A DNA stretch of 32,476 nt from Candidatus Aerophobota bacterium (GCA_030602545.1 JAUVZN010000003.1:1-32476), one strand, 5' to 3'; shown: positions 1-8,273, counted from the stretch's first letter. Notes: generated by a model not told the origin, from the sequence alone. A program made the numbers and translations.

Positions 1-444
1 CTTTAAGTCGAGGGTGGACTCTACCCCCTCTACCTTCTTCCAAGTTAGGTAATGCTTGCCTAAACCCCTTCTGACTGCCTCAGGAACATCATTGGTGATG
101 GTGATCACGCCAACAGAGCTTCCCAGTATTCGAGATACAGCTGCTAAACTCTCCCCAGCCCCTATGACTGGGATATTTACTATCTCTTTGAGCTCCTTTA
201 CGGCAGGATCTGCTGCACAGCTAACGATAATCGCTTCAACACCTTTCTTTAACTCCTTTGTTAGGCTTATAATCTTCGGCTTTGCCTCTTCCTCGGATGT
301 CTTGTCGTATAGCCCTTTGGGATAGTTTTCTATACATCTGGATATGACTTTGAGTCCAGGAAAAACACCCTCAATTATCAAACCATGCCTATCAATCTCT
401 TTTTGATCTGACAGAGTTAATACCCTTATTAATCCGATATTCAT
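1..444 (-). CDS. Asp/Glu/hydantoin racemase family protein (partial, 3' end outside window)
   Basis: Not in the ORF track. Manual translation from the ATG at 444-442 is open for 148 codons to the window edge: MNIGLIRVLTLSDQKEIDRHG...EAIIVSCAADPAVKELKEIVNIPVIGAGES. SCAADP and IPVIG match the racemase family's first catalytic Cys region. The start overlaps the IclR stop (ATGA). Confidence 0.8.
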   Translation of the reverse strand, partial: MNIGLIRVLTLSDQKEIDRHGLIIEGVFPGLKVISRCIENYPKGLYDKTSEEEAKPKIISLTKELKKGVEAIIVSCAADPAVKELKEIVNIPVIGAGESLAAVSRILGSSVGVITITNDVPEAVRRGLGKHYLTWKKVEGVESTLDLK

Positions 445-1208
445 AGTATCCACCCTGCCTTATCTATCTGTTCAGCTATCTCGCTAGCAGCTTCTATTAG
501 TAAATGAGTGAACTTATCAACCTTTGGGCCATTAATACGGTCGAGCGGTCCAGCGATGGACAATCCTGCTATTATCTTTCTATGCTTGTCTAAGATGGGC
601 GCAGCGATAGCACGGGCTCCGGGATCCAACTCTCCAGTGCTTATCGCAAATCCCTTCTTACGAATGTTCTTGAAATCGGTTTTTAATCTCTCGGGGTCCG
701 TGATCGTATTCTCAGTGAACTTAGGAAGACCTGCTTCTTTGATAATCTTGTCTTGCTCCGCCTCATCAAGATAGGCCATTATCACTTTTGCCGATGCTCC
801 TGCATGCATAAACATCGTTCGACCTTGTTCGAACGAGAGTCTCAACGTATGGTTACTTTCAACCCGCTCGATACAGATAACTTTCTCTCCATAAATGGCT
901 GTTAAGACAATAGTCTCCTCTGTTTTTTTCAGAAGTTGTTGCATTACTGGCAGGGCAATATCGATAATGCTCAACTGTTCTCGCGCAACCTGAGCTAACT
1001 CTAGGATTTTAAGGCCGAGTCGGTAATATCCTGACTTTGTATCCTCCTCAATTAACCCTTGTGATTTCAGAGTGGCAACATATCTATAGGCTGTGCTCTC
1101 GGGGAGATTCGACCGGGCTGCTATCTCTGGAATGCTCATTACGGGATAGTCTTTATCAAAGAGCGACAGAATATTTAAACCCTTCTCTAAGGTGCTTAAC
1201 TCTACCAT
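441..1208 (-). CDS. IclR family transcriptional regulator
   Basis: N-terminal HTH (STLEKGLNILSLF...LPESTAYRYVATL...YRLG). C-terminal effector domain with HAGASAK, FTENTITD, IRKKGFA and AIAAPI. Confidence 0.95.
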   Translation of the reverse strand: MVELSTLEKGLNILSLFDKDYPVMSIPEIAARSNLPESTAYRYVATLKSQGLIEEDTKSGYYRLGLKILELAQVAREQLSIIDIALPVMQQLLKKTEETIVLTAIYGEKVICIERVESNHTLRLSFEQGRTMFMHAGASAKVIMAYLDEAEQDKIIKEAGLPKFTENTITDPERLKTDFKNIRKKGFAISTGELDPGARAIAAPILDKHRKIIAGLSIAGPLDRINGPKVDKFTHLLIEAASEIAEQIDKAGWIL

Positions 1209-1251
1209 CCTTAACCCTCTTTCCCAAATTCTAAGAACTCTTTCTCAGAAA

Positions 1252-1280
1252 CTGATACCATAAAGTATTCTCCTTGTCAA
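1252..1280 (-). promoter_or_regulatory. Putative sigma70 promoter for the iclR-racemase unit
   Basis: Minus strand TTGACA (1280-1275), 17 nt spacer ending TGG, then TATCAG (1257-1252). Confidence 0.5.
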
Positions 1281-1329
1281 GGGCGCGTCCCTTTTGTTAA
1301 TTTTTAATTAACAATCTGCTTCCCAGTAG

Positions 1330-1357
1330 TTGACAAAGTTTCTAATCATGGTAAATT
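1330..1357 (+). promoter_or_regulatory. Putative sigma70 promoter for the ABC transporter operon
   Basis: TTGACA (1330-1335), 16 nt spacer, then TAAATT (1352-1357) preceded by TGn (extended -10). Confidence 0.5.
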
Positions 1358-1650
1358 ACAATTGGTTTCCTGGAAAGACTTAACTGTTACATTCAGGGGA
1401 TAAAGCTATTCGATAAGAGGCTCTTTTTCTCTCTGGGAGGGTCAAAGATGCGACTTTCTCAAAAAGCGGCTCTTAATAAAGGTGTTGATCTTTGGCAAAG
1501 GAAGAGTTAAAAATGAGGCCAGAGGGAGGTGAGAGAGCAAGTATGGCCATTAGCTGGAACAAAGGAAAGGTTTCAGGGGAAAATAAACCAAGTCTATGAG
1601 TGAAAAATACAAGCTAGGGAAAGGAGGTGTACTAAGAAAAGCCAAGGAAG

Positions 1651-1688
1651 ACTCGAGTAATTGGGATGAACTCGAGTAATTGGGATGA
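1651..1688. repeat. Perfect 19-bp tandem duplication
   Basis: ACTCGAGTAATTGGGATGA occurs at 1651-1669 and 1670-1688. Confidence 0.95.
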
Positions 1689-1742
1689 AAAAGAGCTTGG
1701 AAACACGTTTTTAAACTGAAAGTTTTAGGAGAGGAGGCAAGA

Positions 1743-2873
1743 ATGAGAAGATTAGTAGATGTGGTGGTCACTAGTATCCTGCTGGGTCTTCTTATTAACG
1801 TGGGTGCGGTAGGTGGTGCAGAAGAACCTGTTCGAATCGGCCTTTTGTGTCCCATTACAGGAACTCAAGCTGTGATGTCGGAGGATATGCTGACAGGAGC
1901 AAAGATGGCAGTAGAGGAGACCAATGCGGCGGGTGGCGTATTAGGGAGACCTCTGGAATTAATTGTCGAGGACACCGAAACCCGGCCGGCACCCGGAATG
2001 GATGCCGCACGAAAACTGATAGGGGTGGATAGGGTTGAAATCCTAACAGGCGGTTTTTCTAGCGGCGTGTCCCTGCCAATTGCTGAGTATGCTCAAGAGC
2101 AAGGAGTTCTTTATGTTTTGGCCGTTCCAACTTCCCCGTTGTTCCGTGACGTCGGCCCGTGTTGTATGAGTATCACGGTGGTGGATAGCTTTAAAGGTAA
2201 AGCGGTAGCGGACTTTGCTGTTGAAGATTCGGGCAAGAAGAAATTTGCCTTGATCCATATGAATAATGCATTTGGACAAGCGATAAAGCAGGTAACCATT
2301 AACAGGCTCAAGGAGTTGGGCGCTGAAATAGTGACCGAAGTGGATTACGAGTTGAACAAGGTAGACTACAAAGCAGAGCTTCTGAGATTATTTGCAAAGG
2401 ATCCAGAAGCGATTGTCGGCACCTGGTATGCAAAAGAAGGCCTGGTGACCGCTAAACAAGCATATGAGATGGGGTTGCTCAACGTAGATAAGGTGCCCTG
2501 GTACGTGTCTGAAATAACATCAAGCTACGCAGAGGCATTAGACAAAATCCCAGAGGTCCTTGAAGGTATAAAAGGGCTTGATCCACTCGAACCCGGCAGA
2601 CTCTTTTCGGAGAAGTTCAAAGAAAGAATGGGACGTGAGCCGATAACGGCCTTTGCTGCTCACTACTATGATGCTGTAAGGATGATCGCAATGGCTATAA
2701 ACTTCGCCAATTCTACAGACCCGGCTGCGGTGCGAGATACATTGTTTGAAATCGATGACTGGTACAGAGGCATGTCTTATGGAGGAGACAAAAGATTTGA
2801 TGAAGATGGGATGCAGGACCATGCTCAATTCCGGAAGGTAATTATCCAAAACGGGAAAAAAGTTGATTATTAG
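1743..2873 (+). CDS. livK: Liv-type (branched-chain amino acid family) ABC transporter substrate-binding protein
   Basis: Signal-peptide-like hydrophobic N-terminus, VRIGLLCPITG, NAAGGVLGRPLELIVED and YDAVRMIAMAI. RBS GAGGAGG. Confidence 0.9.
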   Translation: MRRLVDVVVTSILLGLLINVGAVGGAEEPVRIGLLCPITGTQAVMSEDMLTGAKMAVEETNAAGGVLGRPLELIVEDTETRPAPGMDAARKLIGVDRVEILTGGFSSGVSLPIAEYAQEQGVLYVLAVPTSPLFRDVGPCCMSITVVDSFKGKAVADFAVEDSGKKKFALIHMNNAFGQAIKQVTINRLKELGAEIVTEVDYELNKVDYKAELLRLFAKDPEAIVGTWYAKEGLVTAKQAYEMGLLNVDKVPWYVSEITSSYAEALDKIPEVLEGIKGLDPLEPGRLFSEKFKERMGREPITAFAAHYYDAVRMIAMAINFANSTDPAAVRDTLFEIDDWYRGMSYGGDKRFDEDGMQDHAQFRKVIIQNGKKVDY

Positions 2874-2946
2874 GGAGAATGAGAATACTCTTGAGCAAGG
2901 TTGACTATTTCCTGGATATCAGTTGACGGTCCATGGAGTGAGTGGA

Positions 2947-2982
2947 AGACCCCACCGGCGCTTACCCTGGTCGGCGGGGTCT
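2947..2982 (+). terminator. GC-rich stem-loop between the binding-protein and permease genes
   Basis: AGACCCCACCGGC pairs with GTCGGCGGGGTCT (one mismatch, one G-U), followed by AATTTC. The U-tail is weak, so it may be a partial terminator or an mRNA stabiliser. Confidence 0.5.
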
Positions 2983-3070
2983 AATTTCATATGTTAAACT
3001 AGTAATACCTTTCCATTTTCTTCCACATGCTCGAGTTGACACCTATTCGAAAGTTTTGGGGTATTACAAT

Positions 3071-3985
3071 ATGGACTTTTCTCAAATCATAGCCAATAGC
3101 CTAGTCAGAGGAGCCGAACTGAGCCTGTTAGCTATTGGACTTACTATGGTTTTTGATATTTTGAAATTTGCCAACTTTGCTCACGCTGATTATGCCGTTT
3201 TGGGCGCCTTTTTGGTTTATTCACTTAATCAGGTGCTTGGGTTAAGCCTGTTCCTTGCGGTCATTCTAGCTGCCCCTGCCACTGCGTTGATCGGTATTTG
3301 TATAGACACAGCTATTTTCAAACCCCTGAGAAGAAAAGAAGCCAAAGTAGTAACTGCAATGGTATGCTCGCTGGGCATCGGCATCGCTTTAAGGAATATT
3401 TTGCGATTGATATGGACCAGTCGCACGAAGACATACGCAATACCAATACAAAAACCCATTGAAATACTTGGCGCAAGACTTACCTTTACCCAGATAGGCA
3501 TAGTGTTGACCGGATTCATTTCCATGGTAATCTTTCATTTATTGCTACATCGAACAAAATTCGGAAAAGCGCTACGGGCAATTTCTGACAATAGGGTATT
3601 GGCCAGTGCTTGTGCCATTGACTCCGAGAAAGTGATCAAATGGATGTGGTTTATAGCATGCTGCTATGGAGTTATGGGAGGAACTATGATTGCGATGGAG
3701 CACCTCCTTTATCCTAGGTTGGGTTTTGATATTTTAATCCCGGTTTTTTGTGCCGCTATATTGGGAGGTATTGGTAATCCTTATGGGGCTATGTTGGGAG
3801 CACTGACTCTTGCCCTAGCTGAAAATATTGTTCTGGCCCTAGACTTTAGTTATTTGATAAGTTTAGGCGGATTGTTCGAGGTTGGTCCGATTCAAATAAG
3901 TACAGGTTACAAACCGGCAATTAGCTTCGTCATTTTAGTAGCTGTTTTGCTCTTTAGGCCAACTGGAATTTTAGGAAGGAAATAA
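3071..3985 (+). CDS. livH: Liv-type ABC transporter permease
   Basis: LLAIGLTMVFDILKFANFAHAD, TKFGKALRAIS and AILGGIGNPYGA. The ATG at 3071 is preferred to the track's GTG at 2942 because that extension crosses the hairpin. Confidence 0.9.
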   Translation: MDFSQIIANSLVRGAELSLLAIGLTMVFDILKFANFAHADYAVLGAFLVYSLNQVLGLSLFLAVILAAPATALIGICIDTAIFKPLRRKEAKVVTAMVCSLGIGIALRNILRLIWTSRTKTYAIPIQKPIEILGARLTFTQIGIVLTGFISMVIFHLLLHRTKFGKALRAISDNRVLASACAIDSEKVIKWMWFIACCYGVMGGTMIAMEHLLYPRLGFDILIPVFCAAILGGIGNPYGAMLGALTLALAENIVLALDFSYLISLGGLFEVGPIQISTGYKPAISFVILVAVLLFRPTGILGRK

Positions 3986-3986
3986 G

Positions 3987-4907
3987 ATGCCTGTAATCTA
4001 CTTTCTCATATATCTTCTAACCATGATCGGTATATATAGCCTGCTTGCTATGAGCCTTAACTTTCAAGTTGGTTTTACAGGACTAATAAATTTTGGTCAA
4101 GTTGCCTTCTTCTGTATAGGGGCTTATGCATCGTCGCTTTTAGTGACAAAAGCAGGAGCGCCTCTAATATTGGGTTTTGTGGGGGGGATGGCTCTGAGCG
4201 GACTGTTCGGTTACATAATCAGTATTCCAACAAAGTCTTTAAAGGCTGATTATTGGGCAATCGCAACTCTCGCCGGTGGAGAGGTGGTCAGGCTACTCGC
4301 TCTAAATGAGGGGTGGTTGACAGAGGGTCCTTTTGGAGTTATGAGCATTCCTCAACCATTAAGGTGGCTCTTTTCCAAGGATAGTTACCCTCTTTTCTAC
4401 CTCTTCTTAATTGCTGCCTGCGTGCTAATAATCTACTTTGTCTTATCTTTACTAACCAACTCTCCATTCGGAAGGAATCTTAAAGCAATTAGGGATGAGG
4501 AAGATCTATGTTTGAGTTTAGGGAAAAATACTAGGAAATTAAAATTGCAGGCGATGGTTGTAGCTGGGATGGTCGCCGGCCTAGCTGGTGCGCTATTTGC
4601 CCACTATATAACCTATATTTCTCCAGAAAACTTCAAACCTATCGAAACTTTTCTTATGTGGGCCATGATTATAGTGGGGGGAAGAGGAAACCATCTAGGT
4701 GCTATCCTTGGTGCTGTGGTTATCCAGTTATTTAATGTCTCTACCAGATTCATTGGTGGTTACGTACCGTTGGGCTCCGATACTATGGCGGCGCTAAGAA
4801 TGGTCATAATCGGCCTTTTGATAGTCTTGTTCCTCCTGTATGCACCTGAGGGCTTGATAAGGGAGAGGAAGAAAGTGTATCATCTAAAACGCAAGCACAT
4901 CGAGTGA
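3987..4907 (+). CDS. livM: Liv-type ABC transporter permease
   Basis: SLNFQVGFTGLINFGQVAFFCIGAY, SPFGRNLKAIRDEE and MIIVGGRGN; multiple hydrophobic segments. Confidence 0.92.
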   Translation: MPVIYFLIYLLTMIGIYSLLAMSLNFQVGFTGLINFGQVAFFCIGAYASSLLVTKAGAPLILGFVGGMALSGLFGYIISIPTKSLKADYWAIATLAGGEVVRLLALNEGWLTEGPFGVMSIPQPLRWLFSKDSYPLFYLFLIAACVLIIYFVLSLLTNSPFGRNLKAIRDEEDLCLSLGKNTRKLKLQAMVVAGMVAGLAGALFAHYITYISPENFKPIETFLMWAMIIVGGRGNHLGAILGAVVIQLFNVSTRFIGGYVPLGSDTMAALRMVIIGLLIVLFLLYAPEGLIRERKKVYHLKRKHIE

Positions 4908-5677
4908 ACAATTCTATGTTAACGTTAACTATCAGAGATCTGCAAAAGAATTTCGGTAGCCTAAGGGCATTAGATCGAGTATCACTCGAAGTCCAAGGCA
5001 ATTCTATCGTAGGGCTAATAGGGCCTAATGGTTCGGGAAAAACTACTTTATTCAACGTAGTTTCGGGCTTTTATGAAAAGGATGGAGGGGAAATCTATTT
5101 CAAAGGAGAGAGGATAGATGGTCTAAGGCCGGATCAAATTGTAAAAAAAGGGCTCAGCCGAACTTTTCAGGTATGTAAAGCTCCTGAGAAATTAACAGTA
5201 TTAGAAAATATGATGCTAGCAGCAAAAAGTCAGATAGGAGAGGATCCATTTAGTGCACTGTTCAGGCGCCCGCGGGTCTCTATGTTGGAAAAAGCTAATT
5301 TAGATAGAGCGATGGATCTGCTTGAGGTGCTACAACTTGTTGATTTAAGAAACGAATATGCTGGCGATCTATCTGGTGGACAGAAAAAGCTTCTCTCGCT
5401 GGGAAGGGCTTTTATGCTGGACCCCGATCTAATATTGCTGGATGAACCTACCGCCGGTGTAAATCTTACTTTGGCCACGCAGTTACTGAAAGTGATAAGA
5501 GAACTCCAAAAAAAAGAAGGTAAAACTTTCTTTATAATCGAGCATAGTATGAAGGTCATCAGTGACATTTGTGATAAAGTTCTCGTATTGAACTTTGGGA
5601 AAATAATGGCTGAGGGAACACCAGAGGAGATTCGGAAGGATGAACAGGTACTAAAGGCATATCTAAGTGGCGCTTGA
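4904..5677 (+). CDS. livG: Liv-type ABC transporter ATP-binding protein
   Basis: Walker A GPNGSGKT, SRTFQ, signature LSGGQ, Walker B ILLDEP, C-terminal AYL. Confidence 0.92.
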   Translation: MNNSMLTLTIRDLQKNFGSLRALDRVSLEVQGNSIVGLIGPNGSGKTTLFNVVSGFYEKDGGEIYFKGERIDGLRPDQIVKKGLSRTFQVCKAPEKLTVLENMMLAAKSQIGEDPFSALFRRPRVSMLEKANLDRAMDLLEVLQLVDLRNEYAGDLSGGQKKLLSLGRAFMLDPDLILLDEPTAGVNLTLATQLLKVIRELQKKEGKTFFIIEHSMKVISDICDKVLVLNFGKIMAEGTPEEIRKDEQVLKAYLSGA

Positions 5678-5706
5678 GGAAGCCTGTTTCGGGAGGTTCA
5701 AGCAGA

Positions 5707-6414
5707 ATGCCTTTATTAAAGGTAAGTAATATAGTTTCAGGTTATGGGCGTACAGAGATCCTACACGGTGTTTCCATGTACGTTGATCAAGATGAGATTG
5801 TGACAATCATTGGACCTAATGGAGCTGGAAAATCCACGTTATTCAAGACAATAATGGGATATCTGATACCTAGTACTGGAAACATTCTATTTTTGGAAGA
5901 AGAGGTGGCCAAATTAGAGCCGAATAAAAAAGTGGAGAGAGGTATGGCCTATGTTCCACAACTTGAAAATGTTTTTCTATCCCTTACAGTTCAAGAAAAT
6001 TTGGAAATGGGAGGTTACTCAAGAGATAGCAAAAAGGTAAGAGAAGGGGTAGAGAATGCATATGATACTTTTCCAGTATTGAAAGAGAAGAGAAATAAAA
6101 AGGCACATACGCTCAGCGGTGGACAAAGGCAAATGTTGGGAATGGCTAGGGCACTCATGACTGAACCAAATCTCATATTGATAGATGAGCCGTCTGCTGG
6201 ACTCGACCCGAGAGCTACGGAAGCAGTATTTAATCAAATTAAGAATTTGCATAAAGAAGGGGTAGCAATCATAATTATTGAACAAGATGCCTATAGGTCC
6301 TTAAATATATCTGATAGAGGATATGTTTTGGCTATGGGGCAGAACCAATTTGACGACTCGGCTGATAGGATCCTTAATAATGACCAAATAAGAGAAGCTT
6401 ATTTGGGCGGCTAG
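5707..6414 (+). CDS. livF: Liv-type ABC transporter ATP-binding protein
   Basis: GPNGAGKST, LSGGQRQML, LIDEPSAGL, EQDA and C-terminal EAYLGG. ATG at 5707 follows GGGAGG. Confidence 0.92.
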   Translation: MPLLKVSNIVSGYGRTEILHGVSMYVDQDEIVTIIGPNGAGKSTLFKTIMGYLIPSTGNILFLEEEVAKLEPNKKVERGMAYVPQLENVFLSLTVQENLEMGGYSRDSKKVREGVENAYDTFPVLKEKRNKKAHTLSGGQRQMLGMARALMTEPNLILIDEPSAGLDPRATEAVFNQIKNLHKEGVAIIIIEQDAYRSLNISDRGYVLAMGQNQFDDSADRILNNDQIREAYLGG

Positions 6415-6649
6415 TTTCCGGTAGGATCTTGGTCAATGGACTTCCTAGCAATTGCAAATCCCTTGAAGAGGTAGCTAGGGGAACTTTCTCCTCAATACTA
6501 TGGAAAATCTCCTCTTGAGTTAGCAGGTGTTGACATAAGCGGTATAAATTGGGTCAAATACTCTCAAAGGAAATGAGCACCAACGAGATACGCAGCTAAT
6601 TTTTGTCAGTATTCATCAAAATATTTTCCCCAAAAAATGTGGGGCTGAC

Positions 6650-7459
6650 TCACATTGTAGGCTCTTCTCGCGTACATTCGGCCAATCGGTGGACTAGGTA
6701 GAACATACTGGCCTGCGACCCTCCATCGACGTTGATATCCTCCCCGGTGATGTAACTGGAGTCGCCCGATGCAAGAAAGATAGCGACCCTGGCCATCTCT
6801 TCCGGTGTTCCATGCCTATTCATTGGTATTGCCCTAGTCCTTGCTTCCAGAAGCTTTTCGCTTGGGTAGGCCTCTCGCTGTAAAGGGGTCATTACCGGTC
6901 CGGGACTGAGCGCATTGACCCGAATGCCGTATTTTGCCCATTCAACAGCAAGGAGACGGGTCAGTCCTATCACTCCGGCCTTGCTAGGCGTATAGGCACC
7001 ACTGTTGAGCTCAGGCATGTGAGCGGATATTGAAGCCACATTGATTATGGATCCTCCAGATTTTCTTTCGATCATGTGCCGCCCAACAGCCTGGCAGCAG
7101 AGAAACACACCTTTTAGATTAACTTCGATAACCCGGTCCCAATCCTCTTCTCTCAGGTTTTCAATGGGGCCAGCAACATAGATCCCGGCGTTATTGACCA
7201 GGATATCGATTCTGCCGAAAGTCCTTAAGGTCTGCTGGACCATCCGATCTACATCATTGCTTCTTGAAACGTCTCCCTGTATAGCTTCGGCTCGACGCCC
7301 CAGAGTCCGGATCTCATTTGCTACTGTATCTGCCCCATCAATGTTTCGATCACAGTTCACTACCACATCGGCTCCTGCTTCAGCAAATCCCAGGGCGATG
7401 CCCCTTCCTATTCCTTGGCTAGCACCTGTTACGATTGCGATCTTGTCTTTGAGTTTCAA
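6650..7459 (-). CDS. Short-chain dehydrogenase/reductase (SDR), NAD(P)-dependent
   Basis: TGASQGIG, LVNNAG, catalytic YTPSK, IRVNALSPG and INVDGG. TTG start with AAGGGG RBS. Confidence 0.93.
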   Translation of the reverse strand: MKLKDKIAIVTGASQGIGRGIALGFAEAGADVVVNCDRNIDGADTVANEIRTLGRRAEAIQGDVSRSNDVDRMVQQTLRTFGRIDILVNNAGIYVAGPIENLREEDWDRVIEVNLKGVFLCCQAVGRHMIERKSGGSIINVASISAHMPELNSGAYTPSKAGVIGLTRLLAVEWAKYGIRVNALSPGPVMTPLQREAYPSEKLLEARTRAIPMNRHGTPEEMARVAIFLASGDSSYITGEDINVDGGSQASMFYLVHRLAECTREEPTM

Positions 7460-7497
7460 CTGGAATTACCCCTTTTCTGAACCACATCTTTCACTCC

Positions 7498-7526
7498 ATA
7501 ATATTTGAGGCATTCCCCATTGTCAA
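7498..7526 (-). promoter_or_regulatory. Near-consensus sigma70 promoter of the SDR gene
   Basis: Minus strand TTGACA (7526-7521), 17 nt spacer, TATTAT (7503-7498), about 40 nt upstream of the start. Confidence 0.7.
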
Positions 7527-7542
7527 GAGAGGAATTAGCTCT

Positions 7543-8005
7543 TGTCGTTGCAAAGTGATAATGTCACCCCTTCATAAGATCTGATATACTACCTCCCAAT
7601 AATTGAGGGAGGTGAAAATGGAGAGGTGGCAATTGAGTACAAAAGAGATCAGAAGATATAACGTTATTGAAAATGCCATAGAGGGATATCTGAAAGCACA
7701 TCAAGCTGCCGAAGAGCTTCACCTATCTACAAGATAAATATTTAGACTCAAGAAAGCGTTGAGAGAGAAAGGAATGGAAGGACTTATCCACGGAAATAAA
7801 GGCAGACCATCGCCTCGGCGAATACCGGAATCTGTAAGAGGTACAATAAATTCTCTTTTCTTTTACAAGGGAGAACAACTTCCGTACAGACCTGTTATTC
7901 CTGTAGAAGGGGAAAGACATACTTCTCCTCAAATGAGAGCTTTAGCGGTGGGGGTATGACATTTCTATTTTGCAAAAAGTATGACATATTTACTTTGCAT
8001 TGACA
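7543..8005 (+). mobile_element. Internally deleted ISNCY/IS1202-like insertion sequence (463 bp)
   Basis: Left IR TGTCGTTGCAAAGTGATAATGTCA (from 7543) versus right IR reverse complement TGTCAATGCAAAGTAAATATGTCA (ending 8005), 19/24 identical. An extra subterminal copy lies at 7954-7974. The IRs enclose a transposase remnant. Confidence 0.8.
7618..7959 (+). pseudogene. Transposase pseudogene (N-terminal HTH fused in frame to a probable C-terminal tail)
   Basis: MERWQLSTKEIRRYNVIENAIEGYLKAHQAAEELHLSTR*IFRLKKALREKGMEGLIHGNKGRPS, with in-frame TAA at 7735-7737. AA-x2-L-x-LS-x-R(Q) and L-x-HGN-x-GR are typical of ISNCY/IS1202-type transposases. No DDE domain. Confidence 0.8.
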
Positions 8006-8023
8006 CGGCTCAACTTAAGAGAC

Positions 8024-8060
8024 TTGACAGATGTAAAGGATTGTGTATAATGTATACAAT
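8024..8060 (+). promoter_or_regulatory. sigma70 promoter with overlapping GntR-type operator
   Basis: TTGACA (8024-8029), 16 nt spacer, TATAAT (8046-8051). The imperfect palindrome ATTGTGTATA-A-TGTATACAAT (8040-8060) covers the -10. Confidence 0.7.
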
Positions 8061-8273
8061 CATTGAGGGGTGTTTTGATTGGTTGGAATTTCAGTAGAAT
8101 CCGAATGATTCAAAACAAGGAAGAGTTCCGTACTTAAAGTCGAAATTCTCTAAAAACGTAAGATCTCTAAAAATCAAGATATTCAGAGTAACAGCCCAGT
8201 TTTCCGAGAATTGCGTCAGAGATAAAATCAAGCCCGATGAGCTCGGGAGTTCAGAGGAAAGGATCAAAGGAAT

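Noticed and set aside
56-325. Plus-strand 89-aa ORF and the many other short ORFs antisense to or nested in real genes
   Set aside because: They are shadows of well-supported genes on the opposite strand or in another frame, and I recognised no family motifs in them.
1543-1599. 18-codon ORF MAISWNKGKVSGENKPSL after GGAGGTGA, considered as a leader peptide
   Set aside because: RBS spacing is long, there is no run of regulatory codons and no attenuator hairpin is evident.
1651-1688. Repeat considered as a CRISPR remnant
   Set aside because: Only two directly adjacent 19-bp copies, no spacer and no cas genes.
2942-3070. 43-aa N-terminal extension of livH in the ORF track
   Set aside because: It overlaps the intergenic hairpin; LivH-like sequence begins at the ATG at 3071.
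6530-6548. TTGACA...TATAAA promoter-like pair
   Set aside because: The spacer is only about 7 nt and the pair points into a convergent gene end.
7530-8020. Target-site duplication flanking the IS remnant
   Set aside because: The left flank ends AGCTCT and the right flank starts CGGCTC; there is no exact direct repeat.
8000-8030. Outward-facing TTGACA at the IS right end forming a hybrid promoter for gntR
   Set aside because: No -10-like hexamer lies 16-18 nt downstream; the native promoter at 8024-8051 explains expression.
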